A stretch of DNA of 64,000 nucleotides. Origin: Squalus acanthias (lineage: Eukaryota). Below are positions 22,698 through 34,394 of the stretch, in pieces. Within the stretch, counting starts at the first letter, position 1, and each line of letters starts with the position of its first letter. Made by a program: the position numbers and the translations under genes. Location of the stretch: positions 129,086,001 to 129,150,000 of the forward strand of contig CM059432.1 in NCBI GenBank assembly GCA_030390025.1, read 5' to 3'. The notes below the pieces were generated by a model. That model was not told where the DNA came from. It ran no database searches and was given only the letters and a program-made list of their open reading frames with translations.

Positions 22698-24336
22698 AAT
22701 AACTTTAGAAAAAGCTCCAATATCAAAAAAGAAAAACATAATGTTCTCAAGTGTTCTTATGAAACCATTTGTTCTATACTCACAATGATAGTGAAAAAAC
22801 ACCAATATGAAAGTGTGCTGCTAATAAATGCAGAGTGAGAAATTAATATTTACTTGGCTAATTATCTCCATGTTGAAATGTTGAAATCTTTTGTGCCATG
22901 TTGGTGTACAAGTTAAGAATTGGATTTACTGGTGCAAACAGCAGAAATAAAATTTCGCCCAGGGTATTGTCAGACCATGGCTGGGTAGTTGGAGTATGGT
23001 ATGGGAAAATATCCCAACTCCAGAGACTGAACCAATTCTACAAAAGAGTCGCTGTTAAATAACAACAGTTTATTCAACGGGCTGTACTTTCATATGAGAA
23101 GCAGAGAGGTTTTTTTTTGACTGGCAGTCAGGAATCACGGATATCTTACCGAGCAAAACAAGCTAGTAAATTAATTAGCAGAAATCTGCGAGTTTACTTA
23201 TCGCCATCCTCACAAGTGCAAGTAGTTATTGTGAGTGGATCTCCCATGATGTTGCTCAGTAAGTTAGGTGATACGCTGCTTTATAATGGCAAGGATGTTA
23301 TGCCATATCACACACAATGTATAATTCTGCTGATGAGGTGTTTAAAATCATTTGTTTCTTTAAGGTTACAAAGTGTATTTGGTGTAAAAGGCACGTTCTG
23401 AGGTTCATTGCTGCTGGTGGGAGAAGTTTGCCAACACCAATTCTCTCTGGCACCATGGGGGTGAAAATCAACTTCGGCAGGTCCGCAATGTAGAGGGAAG
23501 TGGATCGGCCGCCTGTTATACACCCGGCCTGATATTGAAGTCAATGGAAAGGAAAATTCGTACGACAGTGGTATGTATCAGACACCAATTAATGAATCAT
23601 TAAAGTGCTTTTTTTAAAAAAAGATTGGCAGATTATTGCAAATCTCCAGATCGGAAGAAACCAGCATGAAATTATAAGCTTTCTTTCTCTCTTTAATCTA
23701 CTTTTGAAACGTGTAACTGTGACATCTGAGGTGTGAAGTGTGACAGATGTGCACTCGACACTGGTGTCCATGACACATTCTATTTGTAGGTACAGTACTT
23801 GAGTATGCCTTGTAATGAACTGAAGCTCAACATCACCGCAGTGACACAAATCACAAGCATTTCAGTTCAAATTGGGTGATTCAAGCACTGGAGCCTGTTG
23901 CCGTTATCTGAAAAAACCACCTGCAAAAATAATCTCACAGAAAATGTGATAAAATCTCCACACGAGCTTCAGCTTTCTATGTTATACACGACACAGGTAG
24001 GAGAGAGTGTTTTGGGGACATTAAAAGGTTGTTGCTGTGCTCCAGCAGGGAGTAGGGAAATAGGAATTGCATTACAGAAAATCTTCAATGCACAGTTGTG
24101 GCGTTCCATCTATTCACTATAACCAATGGAGAGTGGTGCGCTGTGCAGGATTGGTCCTTATATATCTTGGGTTTAGATGACATCGATAAACCACCTTTCT
24201 GTCACAAAGTTTTCAATATGTTACCGTTCAAAGCTAGGACAAATGACTTGGTGCAGCCAATCCTGCAGGTTTCGGCACTGGTTGCATTTAGCACAGTTGG
24301 CTGCATGAGTATCTCAACTTTGTATGAGGAGTCTCA

Positions 24337-25895
24337 GGGCTGGATATTAACTGGGGTGGGTAATGTAGGCGGCAAGGCGGAGTTCCAGATGGGAAACCCG
24401 GTAGTCTGGGTTTCCCGCATGCCGTGGACTTTTAACTCCACACCGTGCTTCTTTCGGCCCTGACAGGTTTCCCCGCCCAGAAATCAGCATAATTGACAGG
24501 TGTGGCTTCCAATCGGGTGGGAAGGCTGCAGGACCAGGTAGGTCCGATCCCCAACCCCAGGTGGGATCCAATCTGGGGGGGTCAATCCTCGATCCGGGAG
24601 GAGGGGGGGCCAAACCCTGACCCTGACCCTGGTGGGGGGGGGGAGGCAATCCCTGACCCTGGTGGGGGGGGGGCCCAATCCCTGACCCTGGTGGGGGGGG
24701 GGGGGGGGCCCAATCCCTGACCCTGGTGGGGGGGAGGCAATCCCTGACCCTGGTGGTGGGGGGCCCAATCCCTGACCCTGGTGGTGGGGGGGGGGGAGGG
24801 GCCCAATCCCTGACCCTGGTGGGGGGGGGCCCAATCCCTGACCCTGGTGGGGGGGGGGGCCCAATCCCTGACCCTGGTGGGGGGGGGGGGGCCCAATCCC
24901 TGACCCTGGTGGGGGGGGCCCAATCCCTGACCCTGGTGGGGGGGGGGGCAATCCCTGACCCTGGTGGGGGGGAGGCAATCCCTGACCCTGGTGGGGGGGG
25001 GGCCCAATCCCTGACCCTGGTGGGGGGGGGCCCAATCCCTGACCCTGGTGGGGGGGGCCCAATCCCTGACCCTGGTGGGGGGGGCCAATTCCTGACCCTG
25101 GTGGGGGGGGGGCCCAATCCCTGACCCTGGTGGGGGGGGCCCAATCCCTGACCATGGTGGGGGGGGGCCCAATCCCTGACCCTGGTGGGGGGGGGGGGGG
25201 CAATCCCTGACCCTGGTGGGGGGGGGGGCCAATCCCTGACCCTGGTGGGGGGGGGGCCCAATCCCTGACCCTGGTGGGGGGGGCCAATTCCTGACCCTGG
25301 TGGGGGGGGGGGCCCAATCCCTGACCCTGGTGGGGGGGGCCCAATCCCTGACCCTGGTGGGGGGGGCCCAATCCCTGACCATGGTGGGGGGTGGGGCCCA
25401 ATCCCTGACCCTGGTGGGGGGTGGGGGGCAATCCCTGACCCTGGTGGGGTGGGGGCCCAATCCCTGAGTCCCGGGGGGGTTCGATCCCTGAACCTGGGGG
25501 AAGGTCCGACCCGGGGGGTGGGTGGGGTTGTATGGGGGGGGGTGGGGGTCTGATGGTGGGGAGTGTGGGGGCCAGGAGGAAGCACTCCTGCTCCTCGTGG
25601 CCCACAAAGAGTGCTCCGCGAGGCTGTCCTTGCCTCACTGCCGCTCCGGGTTTCCCGAGGCCTGGGAAACCCGGCCAGCCACAGCAAAAAGCAGGTTAAA
25701 TCCGAGGCTTCCAGCCTCATTAACATATTTAAAATACCAAATACCAAAGGTTGGTTGCCCGCTCCTTGTTCTGCCTAAGTAAAACCTGGAAGTCGGCGGG
25801 TTGGAGCCTGGAAGTCGATGCGCTTGGATTTTTGCCCATTTAACCCCCCAACCCACACCCACTCCCACCTGCTTACCCATGTTAAAATTTCCCCG
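24337..25895. mobile_element. Harbinger-type MITE carrying an expanded minisatellite
   Basis: Starts gggctggatattaac and ends gttaaaatttccccg, with flanks tca / gca. Colinear with the 59206-59655 element except for the array. Confidence 0.75.
24610..25470 (+). repeat. G-rich minisatellite, unit CAATCCCTGACCCTGGT(G)nCC, ~28-35 bp
   Basis: Directly visible tandem array of roughly 28 units with variable poly-G length. Confidence 0.97.
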
Positions 25896-26218
25896 GCAGA
25901 GCCAGTGAAAATGCTGATTTCTGAATGGATCTTAATGATAAATCTACTTACACCACACTGTAGCTTATGAAGCGTGTTCGATATAAAATTGACGAAAGAT
26001 TCATTTCCGTTTCTTTTATTATATTTCATTTTAATCTACTCTTACATCCTGGGTCTGCCTTAGATAGTCCCTCGGGTGCCGTGGTACCAGCCACTCCTGG
26101 AACTGATCTGAGCAGCTTACATTCGGGAGTTTGCCTGTATTGCCCAATATCTAATTCTATAATAGCATAACCCGGGATGCAACAATAGGACCCCCTTGTG
26201 ATCTGAACTGAATATTAT

Positions 26219-26560
26219 GGCCTAGGAATTAAATGGCGTCGCAGTGAATATGACGGGCGGGTGTGCGAGCTCATTACATACTGGAAATGAGGTGTCCAAA
26301 TCTCGCACCTGTTAGGACCTTTGCATATGCAAGTAGGGGACCGAACGCATGTTTGAGGCTCCTTTTGAAAAACTGGTTTGCCCTGAATTCAGGAAAACAT
26401 AATCTACATGTGGCCTTAACTGCTGGTCCTTAAAGGGACCGCTGGAGGCCGCCACCAAAAGTTAAGTTTTTTTTTTAATTAACTGAATGTGGAGCTGAGA
26501 GGAGCAGGAACTCTCTTCTCGCGCCCACTGAGGTGCCTAAAACCATTATCGACCTCCTCC
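26219..26560. mobile_element. Harbinger-like MITE left arm leading into a C-rich minisatellite
   Basis: Shares ggtccttaaag and the ggagcagga motif with the MITEs at 24337, 58406 and 59206; right end not found. Confidence 0.5.
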
Positions 26561-28252
26561 CGATCACCACCCTTCTCTACCGATTGCCCCCTTCCTCCCA
26601 ATCATCCCTCTCCCAATCGCTCCCCTCCCTCCCAATCACGCCCCTCCCAATCGCTCCCCTCCCTCCCAATTGCCCCCTCCCTCCCAATCACCCCCCTCCC
26701 AATTGCTCCCCTCCCTCCCAATTGCTTCCCTCCCTCCCAATCACACCCCTCCCAATCGCTCCCCTCCCTCCCAATCGCTCCCCTCCCTCCCAATTGCTCC
26801 CCTCCCTCCCAATCACACCCCTCCCAATCGCTCCCCTCCCTCCCAATCGCTCCCCTCCCTCCCAATCGCTCCCCTCCATCCCAATTGCCCCCCTCCTCCC
26901 AATCGCCCCTTCCCAATCGCTCCCTCACTCCCAAATCACCCCCCACACAATCACCCCTTCCCAATCACCCCTCCCAATTGCCCCCTCCCTGCCAATCGCT
27001 CCCCTCCCTCCCAATCATCCCCCTGCCAATCACTCCCCTTATTCCCAATCGCCCCCTCCCACCCAATCATACCCCTCCCAATCATCCCCCTCCCAATCAT
27101 CTCCCTCCCAATCATCCCCCTCCCAATCATCCCCCTCCCAATCATACCCCTCCCGACCAATCGCTCCCCTTATTCCCAATCACTCCCCTCACTCCCAATC
27201 GCCCTCTCCCTCCCAATCATCCCCCTCCCAATCGCCCCCCTCCCAATCGCTTCCCTCCCTCCCAATCGCCCCCTCCCTCCCAATCACACCCCTCCCAATC
27301 GCTCCCCTCCCAATCGCCCCCTCCCTACCAATTGCTCCCCTCACTCCCAATTGCCCCATCCCTCATAATCACCCCCCTCCCAATCAACCCCCTCCCTCCC
27401 AATCATCCCCCTCCCAATTGCCCCCTCCCTCCCAATCATTCCCCTCCCAATCGTCCCCTCCCAATCGCCCCCTCCCTCCCAATCACACTCCTCCCAATCG
27501 CTCCCCTCACTCCCAATCAGCCCCCTCCCAATCGCTCCCCTCCCTCCCAATTGCCCCCCTCCCTCCCAATCACCCCCCTCCCAATCGCTCCCCTCCCTCC
27601 CAATTGCCCCCTCCCAATTGCCCTCTTCCTCCCAATCGCCCCCCTCCCAATTGCCCTCTCCCTGCCAATTGTCCCCTCACTCCCAATCACCCCTTCCCTC
27701 TCAATCATATCCCTCCCAATCGCCCCCTCACTCCTGATCGCCCCCTCCCTCCCAATCAACCCCCTCCCAATCATCCCCCTCCCAATCGCCCCCTTCCTCC
27801 CAATCGCCCCCTCCCTCCCAATCGCCCCCTCCCTCCCAATCATCCCCCTCCCAATCGCCCCCTCCCTCCCAATCATCCCCCTCCCAATCGCCCCCTCCCT
27901 CCCAATCATCCCCCTCCCAATCATCCCCCTCCCAATCGCCCCCTTCCTCCCAATCGCCCCCTCCCTCCCAATCGCCCCCTCCCTCCCAATCATCCCCCTC
28001 CCAATCGCCCCCACCCTCCCAATCATCCCCCTCCCAATCGCCCCCTTCCTCCCAATCGCCCCCTCCCTCCCAATCATCCCCCTCCCAATCATCCCCCTCC
28101 CAATCGCCCCCCCCTCCCAATCACCCCCTCCCTCCCAATTTCCCCCCTCCCTCTCAATCGCCCCCTCCCAATCATTCCCCTCCCAATCGCCCCCCCTCCC
28201 AATCGCCCCCTCCCTCCCAATTTCCCCCCTCCCTCTCAATCGCCCCCTCCCT
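26560..28252 (+). repeat. C-rich minisatellite, units ~15-19 bp (CTCCCAATCGCCCCCTCC / CTCCCAATCATCCCC)
   Basis: Directly visible ~1.7-kb array, diverged in the middle and more homogeneous towards 27770-28100. Confidence 0.97.
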
Positions 28253-28312
28253 CACATAATAAAACATATTGTACAACAGCACACAGCACAGGCCAACATG
28301 AACTGCCCCTCC

Positions 28313-28349
28313 ATTTCTGATGAAAGGTCTTCGACCTGAAACGTTAAAT
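28313..28349 (+). ncRNA. Minimal type I hammerhead ribozyme in a solitary Penelope terminal fragment (~28305-28415)
   Basis: attt-CTGATGA-a-aggtc(ttc)gacct-GAAA-c-g-T-T-aaat: core boxes, 5-bp stem II, loopless palindromic stem III (ACGT), stem I attt/aaat. Confidence 0.75.
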
Positions 28350-28711
28350 CTGTTTTTATCTCCACAAATGCTGCCTGACCTGATGAGTAGTTCTAGCATT
28401 TTCTGTTTTTATTTTAATTTTGTAACGAGTTATTGTCCGCTTAAGCATTACATGTTCTGGGTTATACTGAAAGGGATGTAATAATGCAATTAGATAGCGA
28501 TTAAAAAAAGATTTACAATGTAATCTTGTGGATATTTTGAACACTGATGGACTGGTTTACGATGTCAGAAGATAGCTATTTTGAGGTCAGTGTAGTTATT
28601 GTGACATCAGAGGTGGTGGATACAGTAAATTATCCATTTTTATTTCACTGTTAAAACATCCTCACTTGTGGTGTAATGCTAGCGTATCGATGGGCTATTC
28701 AGTTTTTAGTT

Positions 28712-29196
28712 TCACTTCAGTGCATAGATACTTTTTTGCGCTGCTTCTTTCATTACACCAGCAGATTTCTTTCCTGTTACTTGCAATGCCTTGATCGTCT
28801 CTTCACCTGTGGCTTGAACAGTATAGACAATACTTTTGATTGTTACCTTTGCTGTGTGGGGAATCTGCTCAATTACTACATTCGGTTTGTAACCTGTCTG
28901 TTTGCCTGTTATGTTCATTGCATAGAAAATCTTTTTAATTGTTACTTCCGGTGTATATGCAGCTTACTTGATTCTTACTTTCACTGTCTGGCCTGTTTAG
29001 TCCACTGTTACCTTCATATATACAGCTATGTAAACAATGAATGATGTTACTTATTGGACTCTTCACCGGGGACATACTCGAAGGACTGAGAAAAGGCCCG
29101 CTCTGTTTTCTGCATAATATCCCCACAGCTGCCAAAGGATAGGCATGTCTTAACAATAATAGCAGCCTTTATCAGGAGTTTCCACCCCTGAGGTAA
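28712..29196 (-). pseudogene. Disabled ORF for an unidentified protein with a signal-peptide-like start and 11-residue (33-nt) repeats
   Basis: GWKLLIKAAIIVKTCLSFGSCG-DIMQKTERAF..., a frameshift near 29050, then nine 11-mers from 29017 to TGA at 28712-28714, with TAA stops at 28997-28999 and 28964-28966. Confidence 0.55.
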
Positions 29197-29529
29197 CTGT
29201 TCAGTGTAGAAGAAAATACAACAGCGACTGCAGGTATTAACCACACAGCAGGTAAATTCAACTTCCTTTCATCTGAATGTTATTACATTTTTCCAACGCT
29301 ATTTATATGCTATTTAATTTTTTATTTCCCCATCCATCACTAATGTGCGTTTATGTTCATTGTGTCTAGTGTGTGCAATTATTTCAGGGTTTTCAAATTT
29401 GAAAGCCCTTACTAATGTTGGTGTGCACAACTTAAGGGACTTGTTTATATTTGCGCCAAAAATGGATTGCCAATATTTCAGCATAAACAGATTTGAACAT
29501 GAAAATAGAGGGACGCACCCAGATCCTGA

Positions 29530-29840
29530 TAAGTATATCACTTAGTGTGGGACCAACGCATATATATCAGAAAGGTTTCAGGTTAGATCCCAGGTCTCTG
29601 TTCAGTTCGCACAGCAATAGAGATGGTCTCAGAATGCCCTAGACTATGGAGTGAAAAAGTCCGTCAGGGTTCCTGTGTGTGTGTGTGTGTGTGTGTCTGT
29701 GTGTACACTTGGTGAGGAGAGGTTCAGGCTTAGCTGTGAAGTCTTCTATGGATGATTAGCCTGCTGATAACCAATTATTTGGTTCACACATGAAGAATGG
29801 TCAGTTGGGCAATGCACTGAGAGTTGGTGGCACCTATCGA
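29530..29840 (+). repeat. Old SINE-like interspersed repeat with a (TG)n tract at ~29674-29704; related copies at ~39325-39660 and ~50820-50910
   Basis: Shared motifs gcttagctgtg and ctcacacatgaagaatgg/aagg among the copies; family not identified. Confidence 0.5.
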
Positions 29841-29852
29841 CTCATACTCACC

Positions 29853-31143
29853 TATAACCTGCTCACTGATGCCCAGTTTGGGCTCCTCCAAGACCACTCT
29901 GCTCCCAACCTCATTACAGCCTTGGTCCAAAAATGGACAAAGGAGCTGAATTCCAGAGGTGAGGTGAGAGTGACTGCCCTTGACATCAAGGCAGCATTTG
30001 ACCGAGTGTGGCATCAAGGAGCCCTGGTAAACCTGAAGTCAATGGAAATCGGGGGGAAAACTCTCCACTGGCTGGAGTCATACCTAGCACAAAGGAAGAT
30101 GGTTGTGGTGATTGAAGGTCAATCATCACAGCCCCGGGACATCGCTGCAGGAGTTCCTCAGGGCAGTGTCCTAGGCCCAACCATCTTCAGCTGCTTCATC
30201 AATGACCTTCCCTCCAACATAAGGTCAGAAATGGGGATGTTCGCTGATGACTGCCAGTGTTCAGTGCCATTCACAACTCCTCAGATAATGAAGCAGTCCG
30301 TGCCCGCATGCAACAAGACCTGGACGACGTTCAGGCTTGGGTTGATAAGTGGCAGGTAACATTCGCGCCACAGAAGTGCCAGGCAATGACTATCTCCAAC
30401 AAGCGAGAGTCTAACCACCGCCCCTTGACATTCAATGGCATTACCATCGCCAAATCCCCCACCATCAACATCCTGGGGGTCACCATTGACTAGAAACTTA
30501 ACTGGACCAGCCACATAAATACTGTGGCAACAAGAGCAGGTCAGAGGCTAGGTATTCTGTGGCGAGTGTCTCACCTCTTGACTCCCCAAAGCCTTTCTAC
30601 CATCTACAAGGCACAAGTAAGGAGTGTGATGGAATACTCTCCACTTGCCTGGATGAGTGCAGCTCCAACAACATCAAGAAGCTCGACACCATCCAGGACA
30701 AAGCAGCCCGCTTGATTGGCACCCCATCTACCACCCTAAACATTCACTCCCTCCACCACTGGCGTACCGTGGCTGCAGTGTGTACCATCTACAAGATGCA
30801 CTGCAGCAATTTACCAAGGCTTCTTCGGCAGCACCTCCCAAACCCACGACCTCTTCCACCTAGAAGGATAAGGGCAGCAGGCGCATGGGAACACCACCAC
30901 CTCCAAGTTCCCCTCCAAGTCACTCACCATCCTGACTTTGAAGTATATCGCCAATCCTTCATCGTCGCTGGGTCAAAATCCTGGAACTCCCTCCCTAACA
31001 GCACTGTGGGAGTACCATCACCACACGGACTGCAGCGGTTCAAGAAGACGGCTCACCACCACCTTCTCAAGGGCAATTAGGGATGGGCAATAAATGCTGG
31101 TCTTGCCAGCGACGCCCACATCACATAAACGAATTTAAAAAAA
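29853..31143 (+). mobile_element. LINE (CR1/L2 group, distinct family), 5'-truncated RT and 3' end
   Basis: [29 protein letters not shown]; frameshifts; ends in an A-rich tail. Confidence 0.9.
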
Positions 31144-31932
31144 ATTACGCTGACAAAGATTGGCTAGTCAGGAATAGAGAAAAAGAAAAGAAATATAGAT
31201 TAGCTCCTCTGTCCGAACTAGTTTTCAGCTTAGTCTGGCCTGGTCCTGTAGATAGCTTATTTCCTGACCTTTATTTTGAACTTTAGCAAGGAAAAACAGC
31301 CCATAACTATTTCGAAGCTGTATGAAATAAAATGTGGAAATCTCCTTATTTTCTCGTGGTAACCTTACACATGTGATGAAAGCTCCTTATTATACCTCTG
31401 TCATTGAAACCTCTTGTGACAAACTTTGTCTCTGCTTATAGCAAGCTCACTCCAGTGTATCCATCTGTATAGAAGATCAATAGGAATTATTTTGTGAATT
31501 TGTGTAATGAAGCTTAACAGCGACAATGGCTTGAGATTGTTTTTCCATCTTTCTTCTCCCTCTCCCTTTTGAAAAATGAGTTGTTCTGTGGTGTGACGCA
31601 TCTGGCAATAAAAAACCCTGTGCTGCTTTATGCCATGTGCAGCAGGAACTTACTGGGTAAAATGTAGGTAACAAGTTGTTATCTATTTTTATGCCGTCAG
31701 TTTATGCCCCGTGCTGCTTCTATTAGGAAAATAATTGCACCTTGCTCTTTTATTAAAATTAAATATGTGGAGAAATACCAGTGTTATCTTAAACCTTGTT
31801 GAAAAACTATTTGTAACCAAATCAACCTAAATTAACATTTTTTCCTGAAGAATGATTGCACAACAAACCATTCTTGGAATACTTCACAACTAATCTATCG
31901 GTTTTATTGTCAAAACATCATTACTCATTCTT

Positions 31933-33009
31933 TTCCGGTACATTGATGACTGTATCGGTGCCGTCTCCTGCTCTCGCCCTGAACTAGAACATTTCATTCA
32001 CTATGCTTCCAATTTCCACCCTTCCCTCACCTTCACATGGTCCATCTCCGACTCTTCTCTTCCCTTCCTCGACTTCTCCATCTCCATCTCTGGGGATAGG
32101 TTATTGACTAACATTCACTACAAGCCCACCGACTCCCACAGCTACCTGGACTACACTTCCTCCCACCCCGCCTCCTGTAAGGACTCTATTCCATTCTCCC
32201 AGTTTCTCCGTCTCCGCCGCATCTGCTCTGATGATGCCACCTTCCATACCAGTGCTTCCGACATGTCTTCCTTTTTCCTCAACCGAGGATTCCCCTCTAC
32301 CGTGGTCGACACGGCCCTCGACCGTGTCCGTTCTATCTCCCGCACATCTGCCCTCACCCCTGCCCCTCCCTCCCGGAACCACGATAGGGTTCCCCTTGTC
32401 CTCACCTTTCACCCCACCAGCCTCCACATTCAACGGATCATCCTCCGCCATTTCCGCCACCTCCAGCGTGATCCCACCACCAAACACATCTTCCCCTCAC
32501 CTCCCCTTTCAGCATTCCGCAGGGACCGCTCCCTCCGCGACACCCTAGTCCACTCCTCTACCACCCCCAGCACCCCTTCCCCTTCGCCCGGCACCTTCCC
32601 GTGCACGCGCAGGAGATGCAACACATGCCCTTATACCTCCCCTCTTCCCACTGTCCAGGGCCCCAAACACCCCTTCCAGGTGAAACAGCGATTTACTTGT
32701 ACTTCCTGCAATTTAGTATACTGTATTCGCTGCTCACGATGTGGACTCCTCTACATTGGGGAGACCAAACGCAGATTGGGTGACCGCTTTGCGGAACACC
32801 TCCGTTCAGTCCGTAAGGGGGACCCCGAGCTCCCGGTGGCCTGTCACTTTAATTCACCGCTTCACTCCCACTCTGACCTCACCGTCCTCGGCCTAATACA
32901 CTGTTCCACGGCAGCTCAGCGTAAGCTCGAGGAACAGCACCTCATCTTTCGTTTAGGCACGCTACAGCCCTCTGGACTCAATATCGAGTTCAACAATTTT
33001 AGATCATAA
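31933..33009 (+). CDS. Penelope RT C-terminal half plus GIY-YIG endonuclease (open frame, no 5' end)
   Basis: FRYIDD is in frame with the 32104-33009 ORF, which includes FLD, HYKPTDSHSYLDY, CTRRRCNTC and LVYCIRCSRCGLLYIGETKRRLGDRFAEH; no internal stop. Confidence 0.9.
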   Translation, partial: FRYIDDCIGAVSCSRPELEHFIHYASNFHPSLTFTWSISDSSLPFLDFSISISGDRLLTNIHYKPTDSHSYLDYTSSHPASCKDSIPFSQFLRLRRICSDDATFHTSASDMSSFFLNRGFPSTVVDTALDRVRSISRTSALTPAPPSRNHDRVPLVLTFHPTSLHIQRIILRHFRHLQRDPTTKHIFPSPPLSAFRRDRSLRDTLVHSSTTPSTPSPSPGTFPCTRRRCNTCPYTSPLPTVQGPKHPFQVKQRFTCTSCNLVYCIRCSRCGLLYIGETKRRLGDRFAEHLRSVRKGDPELPVACHFNSPLHSHSDLTVLGLIHCSTAAQRKLEEQHLIFRLGTLQPSGLNIEFNNFRS

Positions 33010-33285
33010 CCTCAGCTCCAATCACATTTATATTTTATTTTATCCACCCTTTTATTTGTCCCCCCCACCTTTTTTTTCCTCCTAGAAGCTGGCAGCTGTC
33101 CTTCATTCTGCCAGTAGATTTCACACTTCATTCAGCCTTAATCTGTCACATTAACACCACCTCTAGCCTTGCATATCTCTTAATGTCTCTTAATGTCTCT
33201 TCATCTCCTCTTTTGTTCCTTTATCCCCTCCCCCTTTTCCCAGCTTTACCCTGGCCTTAAATCTATTTGATTTCCAGCTCTTCCC

Positions 33286-33322
33286 AGTTCTGATGAAAGG
33301 TCATCGACCTGAAACGTCAACT
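33286..33322 (+). ncRNA. Minimal type I hammerhead ribozyme of the Penelope element
   Basis: agtt-CTGATGA-a-aggtc(atc)gacct-GAAA-c-g-T-C-aact; predicted cleavage after C33318. Confidence 0.8.
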
Positions 33323-33559
33323 CTCTTTCTCTCTCCACGGATGCTGCCTGGCCTGCTGAGTTTTTCCAGCGTTTTCTGTTGTTATTACTCATTGACTGTT
33401 GGACTTCGCAACTAGTGTCAAGTATTAAGCTAGTTTGTTCCATGAACAAGCCAAGATAGGTTTGGATGAAGAAGGCTCTTCAAAAACCATTTCATCTCAT
33501 CCCTCTGGAATACCAACTCTGACGTCTTCCCGTGACAGTACCTTGCTGTTTCTTTAATG

Positions 33560-33960
33560 AATCTTGGCCTCAATCACTTCCTGATAACTCGCTCAAATTG
33601 CAGTTGACCCTCTGTGTAAAGAAATACTTCCTGACATCTGTCCTAAATTGACCCTGCACACCCCTGAATCTATGCCCTCTTGTTCTGCTGCCAGAGTATC
33701 TGAAAGTATAATTTCAGCTCTACTTTCTATATCTATTAAGCAACTTCTATACCTCTGCCCCTTTTGAGACATCTCCTTTGGAGATAGAACAGGCATAGCT
33801 TATCAAGCTGTTCCTCATAGCTTTTGCTTCTGAATTTGAAGATCAGCCTTGTTGCTCTCTTTCTGCATTGCCTCTTGGGCCTGATGGCCCTTTACATGGC
33901 AGTGACGGGAACTGTACTCCAGGTGCTATCTGATCATGGCACTGTATAACATCAACATGT
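33560..33960 (-). mobile_element. Highly degenerate CR1 3' fragment
   Basis: Diverged match to the CR1-b 3' region (gtaaagaaatacttcctgacatctgtcctaaatt). Confidence 0.55.
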
Positions 33961-34394
33961 AAAATGACCACTGAATGAAGACCACCAGAAGACAGATTTC
34001 ATTTGGAACATTTAAAGAGGACTTTTCTTTGCAATGATTTTAATGCAAGGTCCCAGAAGTGAAAGGCATGCTCTCTCCCATCGTGGCACCATTATCTCTG
34101 TCCCTGAAGCATATTTTTCAACAAAACCTGAGATTAGTACAGACTTTCACTTCACCCTACAGGCTTATGTGGGTGGTGATATTTTGATGTCCGTTATTCA
34201 GTAGTAATAATCGGTTCCAGCGCGCTTTCACAGATTAGTTCAGCAAATACGAACAATATCAATCAAATGTGGCAAGCTCCACAGGGATGGTTGGACACAA
34301 CCACACGTGACAGATTCAACTGTTGACCTTCGTATGTTGGAGCTGGTTGTATAATCCTGCTGAAGAAAAAAAATGTAATTAAGTTGCTTTGGTA

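Larger units (their letters stand above)
31928..33385 (+). mobile_element. Penelope-like retroelement, 5'-truncated
   Basis: RT and GIY-YIG ORF followed by a 3' region with a hammerhead ribozyme and gatgctgcctggcctgctgag...ttctgtt. Confidence 0.93.

Noticed and set aside
24610..25470. CRISPR array or interstitial telomere
   Set aside because: There are no unique spacers, only poly-G, and CCCTGA/CCCTGG occur as a pair within a longer unit rather than as (CCCTAA)n.
24347..25747. Long Pro/Gly-rich ORFs resembling collagen or formin
   Set aside because: All three minus frames are open because the minisatellite unit has no stops; unit lengths are not multiples of three.
26051..26205. Minus-strand exon candidate ending at gtaaga
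   Set aside because: The acceptor lacks a pyrimidine tract and the peptide is unrecognisable.
26489..28339. 616-aa and 595-aa Pro-rich ORFs
   Set aside because: Artefacts of the C-rich array; several frames are open and the peptide pattern changes with each indel.
28676..29044. 122-aa Cys-rich plus-strand ORF
   Set aside because: It is the codon-aligned antisense of the 11-mer repeat frame and its composition is explained by complementing Thr/Ala/Val/Lys codons. Not fully excluded, since it is the frame without stops.
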